Shown here: in pieces, positions 28,555 to 38,725 of the stretch
How the letters are laid out: each line of letters starts with the position of its first letter
How positions within the stretch are numbered: position 1 is the stretch's first letter
From: Candidatus Aminicenantes bacterium
GTDB taxonomy: Bacteria; Acidobacteriota; Aminicenantia; Aminicenantales; JAFGBC01
NCBI GenBank assembly: GCA_963702005.1
Contig: OY969696.1
Span: 1,280,001-1,344,000, forward strand
Length of the DNA: 64,000 nucleotides
Direction of reading: 5' to 3'
Translations under genes and position numbers: made by a program
The notes under the pieces: model-generated
Told to the model about the DNA's origin: nothing
Database searches by the model: none
Seen by the model: the letters and a program-made list of their open reading frames with translations, nothing else

Positions 28555-29085
28555 GTGAGAACCGGACATCGGATCGCGTTTCTCGTCCTCGGTCTGGCCG
28601 TCGCGGCGATCGCCTGCGGAGGTAAAAAGGACGGCGCCGCCGCCGCGACCGCCGCGCCGGGATCCCTCCCGGTCCAGGCCGCGTCTTCGCCCAAGGCCAT
28701 AGCCGAGGCCATCGGCGACATTTACGTCGAGGCCATGACCCAGGTCGTCGACATCCTCAAGGACCGGCCCGATCCGGCCGCCGTCAAGCCCAAGATCCAG
28801 GACCTCAAGGAGCGGACCGTTCAGCGGCTCGTCGAGTTCGGGAAGAAGAAGGAGAGCTTGAGCGCCGCCGATAAAGCCGCCGTCGACCTGGCCGTCCGGA
28901 TGAGGGTCAACGCGCTTTCCGGCGGCCTGTTCTCGGCCTTCCAGCAGGCCGTCAATTATTATCTGTCCAGGGACAGCGAGCTCTTCAGCCAGGTCGGGAG
29001 CTTCAACATCATCACCCAATACGCGGATTTCGACCTTCTCAAGAAGCAGGCCCCCGAGGAGGCCAAGCGGCTGGGGATCGAATGA
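28555..29085 (+). CDS. Hypothetical lipoprotein
   Basis: GTG start; hydrophobic signal with lipobox-like AIAC-GGKK; helical body; host-like codon usage. Confidence 0.7.
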   Translation: MRTGHRIAFLVLGLAVAAIACGGKKDGAAAATAAPGSLPVQAASSPKAIAEAIGDIYVEAMTQVVDILKDRPDPAAVKPKIQDLKERTVQRLVEFGKKKESLSAADKAAVDLAVRMRVNALSGGLFSAFQQAVNYYLSRDSELFSQVGSFNIITQYADFDLLKKQAPEEAKRLGIE

Positions 29086-29092
29086 TGGCGGC

Positions 29093-29121
29093 TTGATTTC
29101 GGGGGGTAAAACCGCTATAAT
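29093..29121 (+). promoter_or_regulatory. Sigma70-type promoter of the APC transporter
   Basis: TTGATT-N17-TATAAT. Confidence 0.6.
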
Positions 29122-29222
29122 TTTCCGCTGATATAGAGGAAAAGCAGTCGAAAATCCCTGAATCATCCCTTCCCAAATTCAAGATGATGATGATCGGCCG
29201 GAACAATCTCTCCAGCTAAGGC

Positions 29223-31196
29223 TTGACCGTGCAGGACGAAAATTCGCTCGCAAGCAAGATCAGGCACACGCTGATCGGGCGGCCGCGCGACATCAAAGAT
29301 CCCTCTCTTTTTCACAAGCTGGCCTTGATCCCGATCCTGGCTTGGATCGGGCTGGGCGCGGATGGGCTGTCCTCGGCGTCCTACGGTCCAGAAGAGGCCT
29401 TCAGGGCTTTGGGGCGGCATACCTACCTGGCCGTGTTCCTGGCCCTGGCCACGGGCCTGACCGTGTTCATCATTTCCTACGCTTACTCGCGGATCATCGA
29501 GTATTTCCCGTCGGGCGGCGGCGGATACATCGTGGCGACCCATACCTTGGGGGAGAAAGCCGGCGTCGTCTCCGGTTGCGCGCTGCTCGTCGACTACATG
29601 CTGACGATCACGGTTTCGATCGTTTCATGCGGCGACGCCGTATTCAGCTTTTTCCCCGTTTCCTGGCAGCCCCATAAAGTCGAATTCGAAGTCTTCGCCA
29701 TCTTGTTTCTGGTCGTCCTCAACCTGCGCGGGATCAAGGAATCGGTCACGGTCCTTGCGCCGATCTTCCTGACCTTCTTTGTCACCCACGTCCTGATGAT
29801 CGGCTACGGGATCATCATACATATCCCCGACATCGGGCCCGTCTCCCATGTCATCCGGACGGATTTCAAGCTGGGGCTGACGACGCTGGGGGCGAGCGGC
29901 CTGCTGCTTCTTTTCCTCAAGGCCTTCTCCCTCGGCGGAGGAACCTACACCGGGATCGAGGCCGTTTCGAACGGGCTCCAGATCATGCGCGAGCCCCGAG
30001 TCCAAACCGGGAAGCGGACCATGGTCTACCTTTCGACCTCGCTGGCCTTCACGGCGGGCGGCATCCTCGTCTGCTACCTTCTCCTCGGCGTCAGCCCGGT
30101 GGCGGGAAGAACGCTCAACGCCGTCCTGGCCGGCAAGGTCTTTGCCGGCTGGGGGATGGGGTCTTTCTTAGCACTCGTGACCATCTTTTCCGAGGGCGCC
30201 CTGCTCCTCGTCGGAGCCCAGGCCGGGTTTGTGGACGGGCCGAGGGTTATGGCCAACATGGCTGTCGACTACTGGTTTCCGCACCGTTTTGCCTCCCTCT
30301 CGGACCGGTTCACGATCCAGAACGGGGTTCTCCTCATGGCCGGAGCGGCCATCGGTCTTCTTCTTTATTCCAAGGGGCGCATCTCGACCTTGGTTGTCAT
30401 GTACTCGATCAACGTTTTCCTGACCTTCTCCCTGTCCGAACTGGGGATGTCGCGATTTTTCATCAAGCACCGCAAAACCGATCCCAACTGGAAGAAACAC
30501 CTTCCCGTCCACTTGACGGGCCTGACCTTGTGCTTGACGATCCTGATCATCACCTCGATCGAGAAGTTCGCCGTCGGCGGCTGGCTGACCCTGGTCATCA
30601 CCGGCGTCGTTATCGGCCTCTGCTACCTGACTCGGGGTCATTATGGCAAGGTCCGGGCCGGCGTCCGGGAGCTCGACGACCTGATGACGAGCCTCCCCGT
30701 CAAAAGTAAGGGCACCCGGAAGCGTCCGGACATAAAGGAGATGACGGCCATCCAGCTCGTCAACGGCTTCAACGGATTCGGTGTCCACACCATGCTCTCG
30801 ATCATCCGCTCCTTCCGGGGCCTTTATAAGAACTTCATCTTCGTCTCGGTCGCCGAGGTCGACGTCGGCTCCTTTAAGGGCTCGGACGCCGTCGACCATC
30901 TCAAGGAGTCCACGGACGACGCCCTCCGGAAGTACTGCGAGCTGGCCCGCAAGCTGGGATTTCCCGCCGATTACAGGTTCGATCTGGGAACGGATATAGT
31001 CCAGACGGCCAGCAACCTCTGCGAATCCGTGGCCAAGGAATTCCCCAACTCGACCGTCTTCGCGGGACAGTCCGTGTTCCGCCAGTCATCCATGCTCCAC
31101 CGCCTCATGCACAACGAGACGGCCTTCGCCATCCAGCAGGAGCTGCGCTGGAAGGGGATCACGACCGTCATCCTGCCCATCCGCATTAACATCTGA
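29223..31196 (+). CDS. APC-family permease, KimA/YdaO-like (putative K+ transporter)
   Basis: LGADGLSSASYGPEE, FPSGGGGY, ALLVDYMLTITVS, NLRGIKES, TGIEAVSNG; cytoplasmic C-terminal domain. Confidence 0.82.
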   Translation: MTVQDENSLASKIRHTLIGRPRDIKDPSLFHKLALIPILAWIGLGADGLSSASYGPEEAFRALGRHTYLAVFLALATGLTVFIISYAYSRIIEYFPSGGGGYIVATHTLGEKAGVVSGCALLVDYMLTITVSIVSCGDAVFSFFPVSWQPHKVEFEVFAILFLVVLNLRGIKESVTVLAPIFLTFFVTHVLMIGYGIIIHIPDIGPVSHVIRTDFKLGLTTLGASGLLLLFLKAFSLGGGTYTGIEAVSNGLQIMREPRVQTGKRTMVYLSTSLAFTAGGILVCYLLLGVSPVAGRTLNAVLAGKVFAGWGMGSFLALVTIFSEGALLLVGAQAGFVDGPRVMANMAVDYWFPHRFASLSDRFTIQNGVLLMAGAAIGLLLYSKGRISTLVVMYSINVFLTFSLSELGMSRFFIKHRKTDPNWKKHLPVHLTGLTLCLTILIITSIEKFAVGGWLTLVITGVVIGLCYLTRGHYGKVRAGVRELDDLMTSLPVKSKGTRKRPDIKEMTAIQLVNGFNGFGVHTMLSIIRSFRGLYKNFIFVSVAEVDVGSFKGSDAVDHLKESTDDALRKYCELARKLGFPADYRFDLGTDIVQTASNLCESVAKEFPNSTVFAGQSVFRQSSMLHRLMHNETAFAIQQELRWKGITTVILPIRINI

Positions 31197-31295
31197 TAAT
31201 CTGAGACTCCCGTCTTCCTCTCTACGAGAACTGCTGTCGAAATGTACGGCGGGATGCTAAAATACATCAGATATCTTGAAAGGAGTCGGAGAAAG

Positions 31296-33734
31296 ATGAG
31301 ATCCCATCACGTTGCCGCCATAGCGCTGCTCGGACTGGCCTCTTCTATTATTATTTTAATCCCGGCCTGCAAGACGGCCGCGGTCGCCAAGCCGGACTAT
31401 CCGGTGACGCCGGTCTCCATGACCGACGTCAAGTTCGCGGATCGTTTCTGGGCGCCGCGCCAGGAGACGGATATCGCCGTGACGATCGCCCACGAGATGA
31501 AGCAGACCGAGATTACAGGCCGCATTAAAAACTTCGAGCTGGCCGCGGCCGCCCTCCATGGGGCGACCGGAGGCAAATTCGCGACCCACTACGCCTTCGA
31601 CGACTCCGACGTCTATAAGCTCATCGAGGCCGCGGCCTATACGCTCATGCTCCGTCCCGATGCCGGCCTCGAAGCCAAGCTCGACGCCTGGATCGCCAAG
31701 ATCGCCGCGGCCCAGGAGCCGGACGGCTATCTCTACACGGCGCGCACGATCGATCCCAAGCACCCGCTGAGCATGTCCGGCCCCGAACGCTGGGTTCAAC
31801 TCCAGGACAGCCATGAACTCTACAACCTCGGTCACCTCTACGAAGGAGCCGTCGCCTACTATCAAGCGACCGGGAAACGGGCGCTCCTTGACGTCGCGCT
31901 CAAGAGCGCGGACTTCATCGTCAAGACATTCGGCCCGGGTTCCAAGCAACTCAAGCTCGTCCCCGGCCATGAGGAGGTCGAGATCGGCCTCGTCAAGCTC
32001 TACCGCTTGACCGGCCGCAAAAAATATCTCGACCTGGCCAAGTTCTTCATCGACGAGCGGGGGAACGCGGCCGGCCACAAGCTCTACGGCGAGTACAACC
32101 AGGACCACAAGCCCGTCCTCGAACAGACCGAGGCCGTCGGCCACTCGGTCCGGGCCGCCTACCTTTACTCCGGGATGGCCGACATCGCCGCCCTGACCGG
32201 CGACAAACGCTATCTCGACAGCCTGGACCGGATCTGGGAGGACATCGTCTCCAAGAAGCTCTACGTCACGGGCGGCATCGGGGCGGCCGGCGGCATCGAG
32301 GGCTTCGGCCCCGCCTACGACCTCCCCAACGCGACCGGCTACGCCGAGACCTGCGCGACGATCGCCTACGCCCTCTGGAACTGGCGGATGTTTCTGTCCC
32401 ACGCCGACGCCAAATACATGGACCTCTTTGAGCGGGCCGCCTACAACGCTTTCCTGTCGGGCTCGGGGATGAGCGGAGATCTCTACTTCTACCCGAATCC
32501 GCTCGCCTCCTACGGCCAGCACGCCCGCAGCCCCTGGTTCGGCTGCGCCTGCTGTCCGCCCAACATCGCCCGCTTCATCGCCGAGCTGGGCGGGTTCGCC
32601 TACGCCGTCGAGGGCGATAAGGTCTTCCTGAACCTTTTCGTCCAGGGCACGGCCAAAATCGCGATCAAGGCCGGAACGCTCGGCCTGGAACAGACGACGG
32701 ATTATCCCTGGTCGGGCGATATTAAAGTCCGGGTGGCGGAAACCGTTGCCGGGCCGTGGACCTTGATGGCCCGCATCCCGGGCTGGGCCTTGGGCCGGCC
32801 TCTTCCGAGCGACCTCTACCGAGATGCCGAGGAGCCAGCCGAGAAGCCGGTCGTCAAGGTCAATGGACAGGCCGTTCCGCTCGACCTCGATAAGGGCTAT
32901 GTCGCCGTCGCCCGGACCTGGGCGGCGGGTGATACCGTCGAGATCAGTCTTCCGATGCCCGTCCGGCGCGTCCTGGCTCATCCCGGAATCAAGGACGACG
33001 TCGGCCGCGTCGCCCTCGAGCGGGGCCCGCTCGTCTACTGCGCGGAGTGGGCGGACAATGAAGGCTACGCGAGCAACCTCGTCCTCGCCGACGGCGCAGC
33101 CCTGACTCCGGTCGCCCGGCCCGACCTCCTGGGCGGGATCACGGTTATCAGCGGCGACGCGACGGCCTTGCGCTACAAGGCCGGAAAGATCGTTGCCGAA
33201 AAGAGAACACTGACCCTCATACCGTACTATTCCTGGGCCCACCGTGGAAAGGGCGAGATGGCCGTCTGGCAGGCCCGCGAGCCCGGCAAGGCCCGAGCCA
33301 TTCCGGAGCCGACCTTGGCCTCCCGCGCCAAGGTTGCCGCTTCCGAGGGGGCGCGGGGCGCCCAGGGCGTCCACGACCAGTTCGAGCCCTCAAGCTCCAA
33401 CGATCACTCCGGAAGTTTCCTCCACTGGTGGCCCCACAAAGGGACCAAGGAATGGGTCGAGTACGATTTCGGCCGTCCCGAGCGGGTTTCCGAGGCCGAA
33501 GTTTACTGGTTTGACGATACGGGAGAAGGGGAGTGCCGGATTCCCGTTTCCTGGGCGCTCTTTTATAAGGATGGGGAGGCTTGGAAGCCCGTCGCCGGTC
33601 CGTCCGGGTACGGCGTCGTCAAGGACAAATACAACAAGGCCGGCTTCCGCCCGGTCCGGACGACGGGACTCAGGCTCGAAGTCCAGCTCCCGGCCGATTA
33701 CTCATCCGGCGTCGAGGAGTGGAAAATAAAATAA
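31296..33734 (+). CDS. GH127 beta-L-arabinofuranosidase-like lipoprotein with C-terminal galactose-binding-like module
   Basis: FDDSDVYK, SHELYNLGHLYEG, PGHEEVE, GHSVRA, YAETCA, CACCPPN, RGPLVYC, IPYYSWAHRG; ATG 31296. Confidence 0.9.
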   Translation: MRSHHVAAIALLGLASSIIILIPACKTAAVAKPDYPVTPVSMTDVKFADRFWAPRQETDIAVTIAHEMKQTEITGRIKNFELAAAALHGATGGKFATHYAFDDSDVYKLIEAAAYTLMLRPDAGLEAKLDAWIAKIAAAQEPDGYLYTARTIDPKHPLSMSGPERWVQLQDSHELYNLGHLYEGAVAYYQATGKRALLDVALKSADFIVKTFGPGSKQLKLVPGHEEVEIGLVKLYRLTGRKKYLDLAKFFIDERGNAAGHKLYGEYNQDHKPVLEQTEAVGHSVRAAYLYSGMADIAALTGDKRYLDSLDRIWEDIVSKKLYVTGGIGAAGGIEGFGPAYDLPNATGYAETCATIAYALWNWRMFLSHADAKYMDLFERAAYNAFLSGSGMSGDLYFYPNPLASYGQHARSPWFGCACCPPNIARFIAELGGFAYAVEGDKVFLNLFVQGTAKIAIKAGTLGLEQTTDYPWSGDIKVRVAETVAGPWTLMARIPGWALGRPLPSDLYRDAEEPAEKPVVKVNGQAVPLDLDKGYVAVARTWAAGDTVEISLPMPVRRVLAHPGIKDDVGRVALERGPLVYCAEWADNEGYASNLVLADGAALTPVARPDLLGGITVISGDATALRYKAGKIVAEKRTLTLIPYYSWAHRGKGEMAVWQAREPGKARAIPEPTLASRAKVAASEGARGAQGVHDQFEPSSSNDHSGSFLHWWPHKGTKEWVEYDFGRPERVSEAEVYWFDDTGEGECRIPVSWALFYKDGEAWKPVAGPSGYGVVKDKYNKAGFRPVRTTGLRLEVQLPADYSSGVEEWKIK

Positions 33735-33752
33735 TAATTTTAGGAGCTGAAC

Positions 33753-35735
33753 ATGAGATCCGTTTCGCTAAAGCTCCCGGGTGCGGCTCTCATCCTCCTC
33801 GGCGCCCTGGCGGTCGTCGGAGGCCAGGGATCGTCCGACTATCCCTTCGAGCCCGTCCCCTTCACCTCGGTCCGGGTCGCCGATACGTTCTGGCTCCCCC
33901 GGATCGAGACGAACCGGACCGTGACCATCCCTTACCTCATGAAGATGAACGAGGAGACGGGTCGGGTCGATAACTTCCGGAAGGCGGCCGGGCTCATGAA
34001 AGGGGCCCACACCGGCAAGCGCTATAACGACTCGGACGTCTTCAAGATCATGGAGGCGGCCTCCTATTCCCTGATGGCCCATCCCGACCCCGCCCTGGAG
34101 AAACGGCTTGACGAGCTCGTCGCGGTCATCGCCAAGGCCCAGGAGCCGGACGGCTATCTCTACACGGCCCGGACGATCGACCCCAAGAATCCGCCGCCGG
34201 GCGCCGGCGCCGAACGCTGGTCGAACCTCCGGGTCAGCCACGAACTCTACGACGTGGGGCACATGTACGAAGCCGCCGTCGCCCATTTTCAGGCGACCGG
34301 AAAACGGTCCTTTCTCGACATCGCGATCAAGAACGCCGACTTCCTCCTCGGGACCTTCGGTCCCGGCAAGCGGCGCGGCTTTCCCGGCCACCAGGAGATC
34401 GAGATCGGGCTGGCCAAGCTCTACCGCGCGACCGGAAACTATGCCTACATCGACCTCGCCAAGTTTTTCCTCGACGAACGCGGGCATTATTATCAAGGCG
34501 AACATTACGCCCCCGACGATCCGTTCGCCATCTACAATTCCGACGTGTATCTCCAGAACCATAAGCCCGTCCTCGAGCAGGATGAGGCCGTCGGGCACGC
34601 CGTCCGGGCCGCCTATATGTATTCGGGGATGGCCGATGTGGCCGCCCTGACCGGGAGCCCCGAATACATCAAGGCCATCGATCGGCTCTGGGACAACGTC
34701 GTTTCGAAGAAGATGTACTTGACGGGGGGGATCGGATCTCAGGATACGACGGAGGCTTTCGGGGACGCCTACGAGCTCCCCAACCGGAGCGCCTATAACG
34801 AGACCTGCGCCGCGGTCGGGAACGCCTTCTGGAACCATCGCCTGTTCCTCCTTCACGGCGACGCGAGATACGCCGACGTCCTGGAGCGGATCATCTACAA
34901 CGGGCTCCTGTCCGGCGTGTCCTTGAGCGGAGACCGCTTTTTCTACCAGAACCCGCTCGAGTCCCCGGGCGGCTACGGCCGGAGCCCCTTCTTCGAAGTC
35001 GCCTGCTGCCCCGCCAACGTGGCCCGCTTTCTGCCTTCCCTGCCCGGCTATATCTATGCCCGGAAAGGCGACGACATCTATATCAACCTATTCATCCCCT
35101 CCGAGGCGGCCCTCCCCCTCAAGGACAAGAAGATCATCGTCAAGCAGGCGACCCGCTATCCCTGGGACGGAGGCGTCAGGATCACGGTCGAACCCGAAGC
35201 GAAGGCCGAGTTCGCCCTCTTCGTCCGGATCCCGGGCTGGGCGCGGAATGTAGCCGTGCCAGGCGACCTCTACCGGTTCCTAGGAGAGCCTTCCGCCCAG
35301 CCGGTCCTCAAGGTCAACGGGAAGGCCGCGGCCCTGAATCTCGAGAACGGCTACGCCGTTGTCCGACGCACCTGGGCCAAGGGGGACGTCGTGGAGCTTT
35401 CGCTTCCGATGGAAATCCGGCGCGTCGTTGCCCGCGAAGAGGTCGTTGACGACCTGGACAAGGTCGCCCTGCAGCGGGGGCCGCTCGTTTATTGCGTCGA
35501 GGGCGTCGACAACGGCGGCAAAGCGCTGGACATCGCCCTCCCGGACGGAGCGGAGCTGACGGCTGAATTCAAGCCGGCGCTTCTGGGCGGAATCGTCATG
35601 ATCTCGGGCAAAGCCTTTCGGACCGGCTCGGGAGAAGGATCGCAGCCCGCCGAAATGGCCTTCCATGCGATTCCTTATTACGTCTGGGCTAACCGCGGCG
35701 CCGGCGAGATGGCCGTCTGGCTTTCCCGGAAATAA
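33753..35735 (+). CDS. GH127 beta-L-arabinofuranosidase-like protein
   Basis: YNDSDVFK, SHELYDVGHMYE, PGHQEIE, GHAVRA, YNETCA, VACCPAN, IPYYVWANRG. Confidence 0.92.
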   Translation: MRSVSLKLPGAALILLGALAVVGGQGSSDYPFEPVPFTSVRVADTFWLPRIETNRTVTIPYLMKMNEETGRVDNFRKAAGLMKGAHTGKRYNDSDVFKIMEAASYSLMAHPDPALEKRLDELVAVIAKAQEPDGYLYTARTIDPKNPPPGAGAERWSNLRVSHELYDVGHMYEAAVAHFQATGKRSFLDIAIKNADFLLGTFGPGKRRGFPGHQEIEIGLAKLYRATGNYAYIDLAKFFLDERGHYYQGEHYAPDDPFAIYNSDVYLQNHKPVLEQDEAVGHAVRAAYMYSGMADVAALTGSPEYIKAIDRLWDNVVSKKMYLTGGIGSQDTTEAFGDAYELPNRSAYNETCAAVGNAFWNHRLFLLHGDARYADVLERIIYNGLLSGVSLSGDRFFYQNPLESPGGYGRSPFFEVACCPANVARFLPSLPGYIYARKGDDIYINLFIPSEAALPLKDKKIIVKQATRYPWDGGVRITVEPEAKAEFALFVRIPGWARNVAVPGDLYRFLGEPSAQPVLKVNGKAAALNLENGYAVVRRTWAKGDVVELSLPMEIRRVVAREEVVDDLDKVALQRGPLVYCVEGVDNGGKALDIALPDGAELTAEFKPALLGGIVMISGKAFRTGSGEGSQPAEMAFHAIPYYVWANRGAGEMAVWLSRK

Positions 35736-35791
35736 AGACAAAGGCCGTCGCCGGCTCGGAAGAAGCGGGGAACGCTCGGTTTGGCCGCAAG

Positions 35792-35821
35792 TTGACGAAT
35801 TGTCGGATTTTGGCCTATACT
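35792..35821 (+). promoter_or_regulatory. Sigma70-type promoter of the sensor/Nfn operon
   Basis: TTGACG-N18-TATACT. Confidence 0.5.
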
Positions 35822-35919
35822 GATTTCTCGAAGCGGGCAGGAAGAGGCGACCGCAAGGCCCGAGCGGCTGGGTCTGAGCCGCGGAAAAAGGATGATTGAC
35901 AGCGACCGAAACGGAGCGA

Positions 35920-36615
35920 ATGATCATGGAGAAGAAGACGGATTCCTTCATCCGGGTCTATTGTCCGGAATTGATGGATACGATCACGCCTGGAGAATGG
36001 ACGGATTGTCCTTTTTATCGCGGCCAGAAGTTCGATCTTTCGAACACGGAAGAGGCGCTCAAACAGATCTTCCGCTGTCACGTTCAGTGCGACTGCAAAA
36101 TCCAGTATCAGTATTACGACCGGGGCAAGCTCGTACAGAAGGTCGAGGAGTCCGTCGAGGACCAGGAGAGCCTCCGGCGAATCCTCTCCTTGGTGATGAA
36201 ACGGGCGAAGAAGCCCGACATCAAAAGGATTAAAAAAGTCCTCATCGTCGATGACGACCTCGATTTCCTGGAGATCCACTCCACCGTCCTGAAGAACAGA
36301 GGCTACGAGGTCACGACGGCCCAGAGCTCAAAAGAATGCCTGGAAAAGCTGGAGAAGGGCCGGCCCGACCTGGTCGTTTTGGACGTCATGATGGAACAGT
36401 TCGACGCCGGATTCGAAGTGAGCAAGAAGATCAAGAAAAAATACCGCGACCTGCCCGTGATGCTTTTAACCTCCATCGGGCTTCAGACGAGCTTGGAATT
36501 CTCGTCCAACGCCGACGTCTTGGAGGCGACCGGGGCCGATCTTCTTCTCGATAAGCCGGTCAGCCCCGAGGTCTTCGTCGCAGAGATCGAGAAATTGACC
36601 GCGGCCAAGGAATAG
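35920..36615 (+). CDS. Response-regulator receiver with Cys-rich N-terminal extension
   Basis: KKVLIVDDD..LVVLDVMM..MLLTS..LDKPV; ~100 aa N-terminal region with five Cys. Confidence 0.85.
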   Translation: MIMEKKTDSFIRVYCPELMDTITPGEWTDCPFYRGQKFDLSNTEEALKQIFRCHVQCDCKIQYQYYDRGKLVQKVEESVEDQESLRRILSLVMKRAKKPDIKRIKKVLIVDDDLDFLEIHSTVLKNRGYEVTTAQSSKECLEKLEKGRPDLVVLDVMMEQFDAGFEVSKKIKKKYRDLPVMLLTSIGLQTSLEFSSNADVLEATGADLLLDKPVSPEVFVAEIEKLTAAKE

Positions 36616-36637
36616 CGGGTAGAGATCCCTGATTTCC

Positions 36638-38725
36638 ATGGACATCCTCAGCATCTCCGACACGAGATGCCGCAAGTGCTATCGTTGCGTCCGGGAGTGT
36701 CCCACCAATGCCCTGAAGATCGACCAGGGGAAGGTCAAGCTCATCTGGAGGCGGTGTATCCTATGCGGGCTCTGTTACCGCCATTGCCCCCATGAGGCGG
36801 TGGATGTCCGGACCGGCATCAACCGGGTCCTGAAACTGCTCGAGGCCGGTGAAAAAGTCGTCGTCTGCCTCGACCCGACGTTCCCCGCCGTCCTGGACAA
36901 GGGAACACCCGCCCAGCTCGTGACGGCGCTCAAGACGCTCGGCTTCTCCGAAGTCTGGGAGTCCGCGGTCGGGGGAGACCTCGTGGCCGGGGACTACCGT
37001 TTCTGGCTCGCCCAGAACACGGAGTCCTCTTGGATCTCCTCGTTCTGCCCGTCGATCGTCTACTATATCGAGAAGTACGTGCCCGATATGGTTGACCGGC
37101 TGGTGCCGGTCGTATCCCCGATGATCGCTTGCGGCCTGGCGGTCAAACGTCTCTGCGGGCCGGAGACGAAGGTCGTCTTTGTCGGTTCCTGCATTTCCAG
37201 GATCTGGGAGCGCATGGGCCGCTTCGGAAAACAGGCCATCGATTATGTCCTGATTTATCACGACATCACGAACCTCCTGGAGGCGAGGGGGATCGACCGC
37301 GAAGCGCAAGAGCCGTCGGAGTTCGACGGACCGGCGAGCAGCCTGGGGCGGATCCTGAGCGTTTCCGGAGGCATGAGCCGCTGCGCCGGTTTCGACCAGG
37401 ACCTCCTGGGCCTGGACCACGTCGTCGAGTCCGGCGCCGAGGAAGCCATCCGGGCCATCGGACAGCTTCGCGAGGGGAAGATCCGCTCCCAGTTCCTAGA
37501 CCTTCTGTTCTGCCGGGGCTGCATCAACGGGCCGGTGACGGACAAAAAAATCTCGGGCCCCAGCCGCAAGCAGATTATCGTGGACTACATTAAGGCCCAG
37601 GAAAAACCGAAATCGTCGAGAGCGAAGGTCGGTCTCAAGGCATTCAAGGGGTTGGATTTCTCCCGGAGCTTCGCGGCGCGGGACGTTTCTGTGCCCACCC
37701 CGGCGGACGCGGAGATCGAAGCCATTCTGGCCCAGATCGGCAAATCCTACCCCAACCAGAATCTGGACTGCGGGGCCTGCGGCTATGGGTCCTGCTGGGA
37801 GAAGGCCAAGGCCGTCGTCCAGGGCCTGGCTGAGACGGAGATGTGCCACCACTACCTCCTGGAGAGCCTCCAGGGTCTTTATTCCCGCCTGGAAAAATCC
37901 CACGCCGAGCTCAAGAGTTCTCATGAGGAGCTGGAGCGGGCCCAGCGGCAGCTCATCCAGACTGAGAAGATGGCCTCCCTGGGGCAGCTGGCGGCCGGCG
38001 TCGCCCATGAGCTCAACAACCCCATCGGGACGATCATGATGTTCAGCCGGGTCATCCAGCGGGAGATGGACAAGGACAATAAATGGCAGAAGGACCTCGG
38101 CCTCGTCGTCCAGGAGGCGGACCGCGCGGCAAAGATCGTCAAGGACCTCCTGAGTTTCGCCAAGGAGACCAAGGTCCGGCCGGGGCTCGTCAACATCAAC
38201 CGGATCATCGAGGAAGCCCTCTCCCTACTCACCAAGCAGGCGCTTTTCCATAATATCGAAGTCGTCACCCGTCTCGACGACGCGCTCCCGACGACCTTCG
38301 CCGACCCGGACCTGCTGAAGCAGGTCTTTTTCAACATCATCCTCAACGGCGCCCAGGCCATGGACGGAAAAGGGGTCCTGACCGTCAGGAGCCTGAAGGC
38401 CGGCGACGGCCGCAAGATCGAGATCCGGATCGAGGATACGGGGAAGGGAATCCCCGAGAAACACATCCCCCGGCTCTTCGACCCGTTCTTCACGACCAAG
38501 GAAAAGGGCACGGGGCTTGGACTGGCCCTGGTCTATAACATCGTCGCCAAACACCAGGGAGCGATCTCCGTGGAGAGCCAGCTGGGACACGGGGCCACGT
38601 TTATCATCCTGCTTCCCGTCCTCGGCCAGGACGAATGGCTGAAGAGCGAAAGCCAAGTCGAAGGGCTGACGAGGGCTCCCGAAGGAAAGAATCATGAAGG
38701 CCAGAGGAAAGATCTTATTGGTTGA
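36638..38725 (+). CDS. [FeFe]-hydrogenase-like (group C, sensory) Fe-S protein fused to histidine kinase
   Basis: 2x[4Fe-4S] (CRKCYRCVRECP, CILCGLCYRHCP); H-domain motifs SSFCP, GSCISRIWE, FCRGCINGP; FeS domain DCGACGYGSC; MASLGQLAAGVAHELNNP; FDPFFTTK, GTGLGL. Confidence 0.88.
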   Translation: MDILSISDTRCRKCYRCVRECPTNALKIDQGKVKLIWRRCILCGLCYRHCPHEAVDVRTGINRVLKLLEAGEKVVVCLDPTFPAVLDKGTPAQLVTALKTLGFSEVWESAVGGDLVAGDYRFWLAQNTESSWISSFCPSIVYYIEKYVPDMVDRLVPVVSPMIACGLAVKRLCGPETKVVFVGSCISRIWERMGRFGKQAIDYVLIYHDITNLLEARGIDREAQEPSEFDGPASSLGRILSVSGGMSRCAGFDQDLLGLDHVVESGAEEAIRAIGQLREGKIRSQFLDLLFCRGCINGPVTDKKISGPSRKQIIVDYIKAQEKPKSSRAKVGLKAFKGLDFSRSFAARDVSVPTPADAEIEAILAQIGKSYPNQNLDCGACGYGSCWEKAKAVVQGLAETEMCHHYLLESLQGLYSRLEKSHAELKSSHEELERAQRQLIQTEKMASLGQLAAGVAHELNNPIGTIMMFSRVIQREMDKDNKWQKDLGLVVQEADRAAKIVKDLLSFAKETKVRPGLVNINRIIEEALSLLTKQALFHNIEVVTRLDDALPTTFADPDLLKQVFFNIILNGAQAMDGKGVLTVRSLKAGDGRKIEIRIEDTGKGIPEKHIPRLFDPFFTTKEKGTGLGLALVYNIVAKHQGAISVESQLGHGATFIILLPVLGQDEWLKSESQVEGLTRAPEGKNHEGQRKDLIG

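Noticed and set aside
29122-29222. c-di-AMP (ydaO) riboswitch before the KimA-like transporter
   Set aside because: Leader is ~100 nt and lacks recognisable conserved riboswitch motifs
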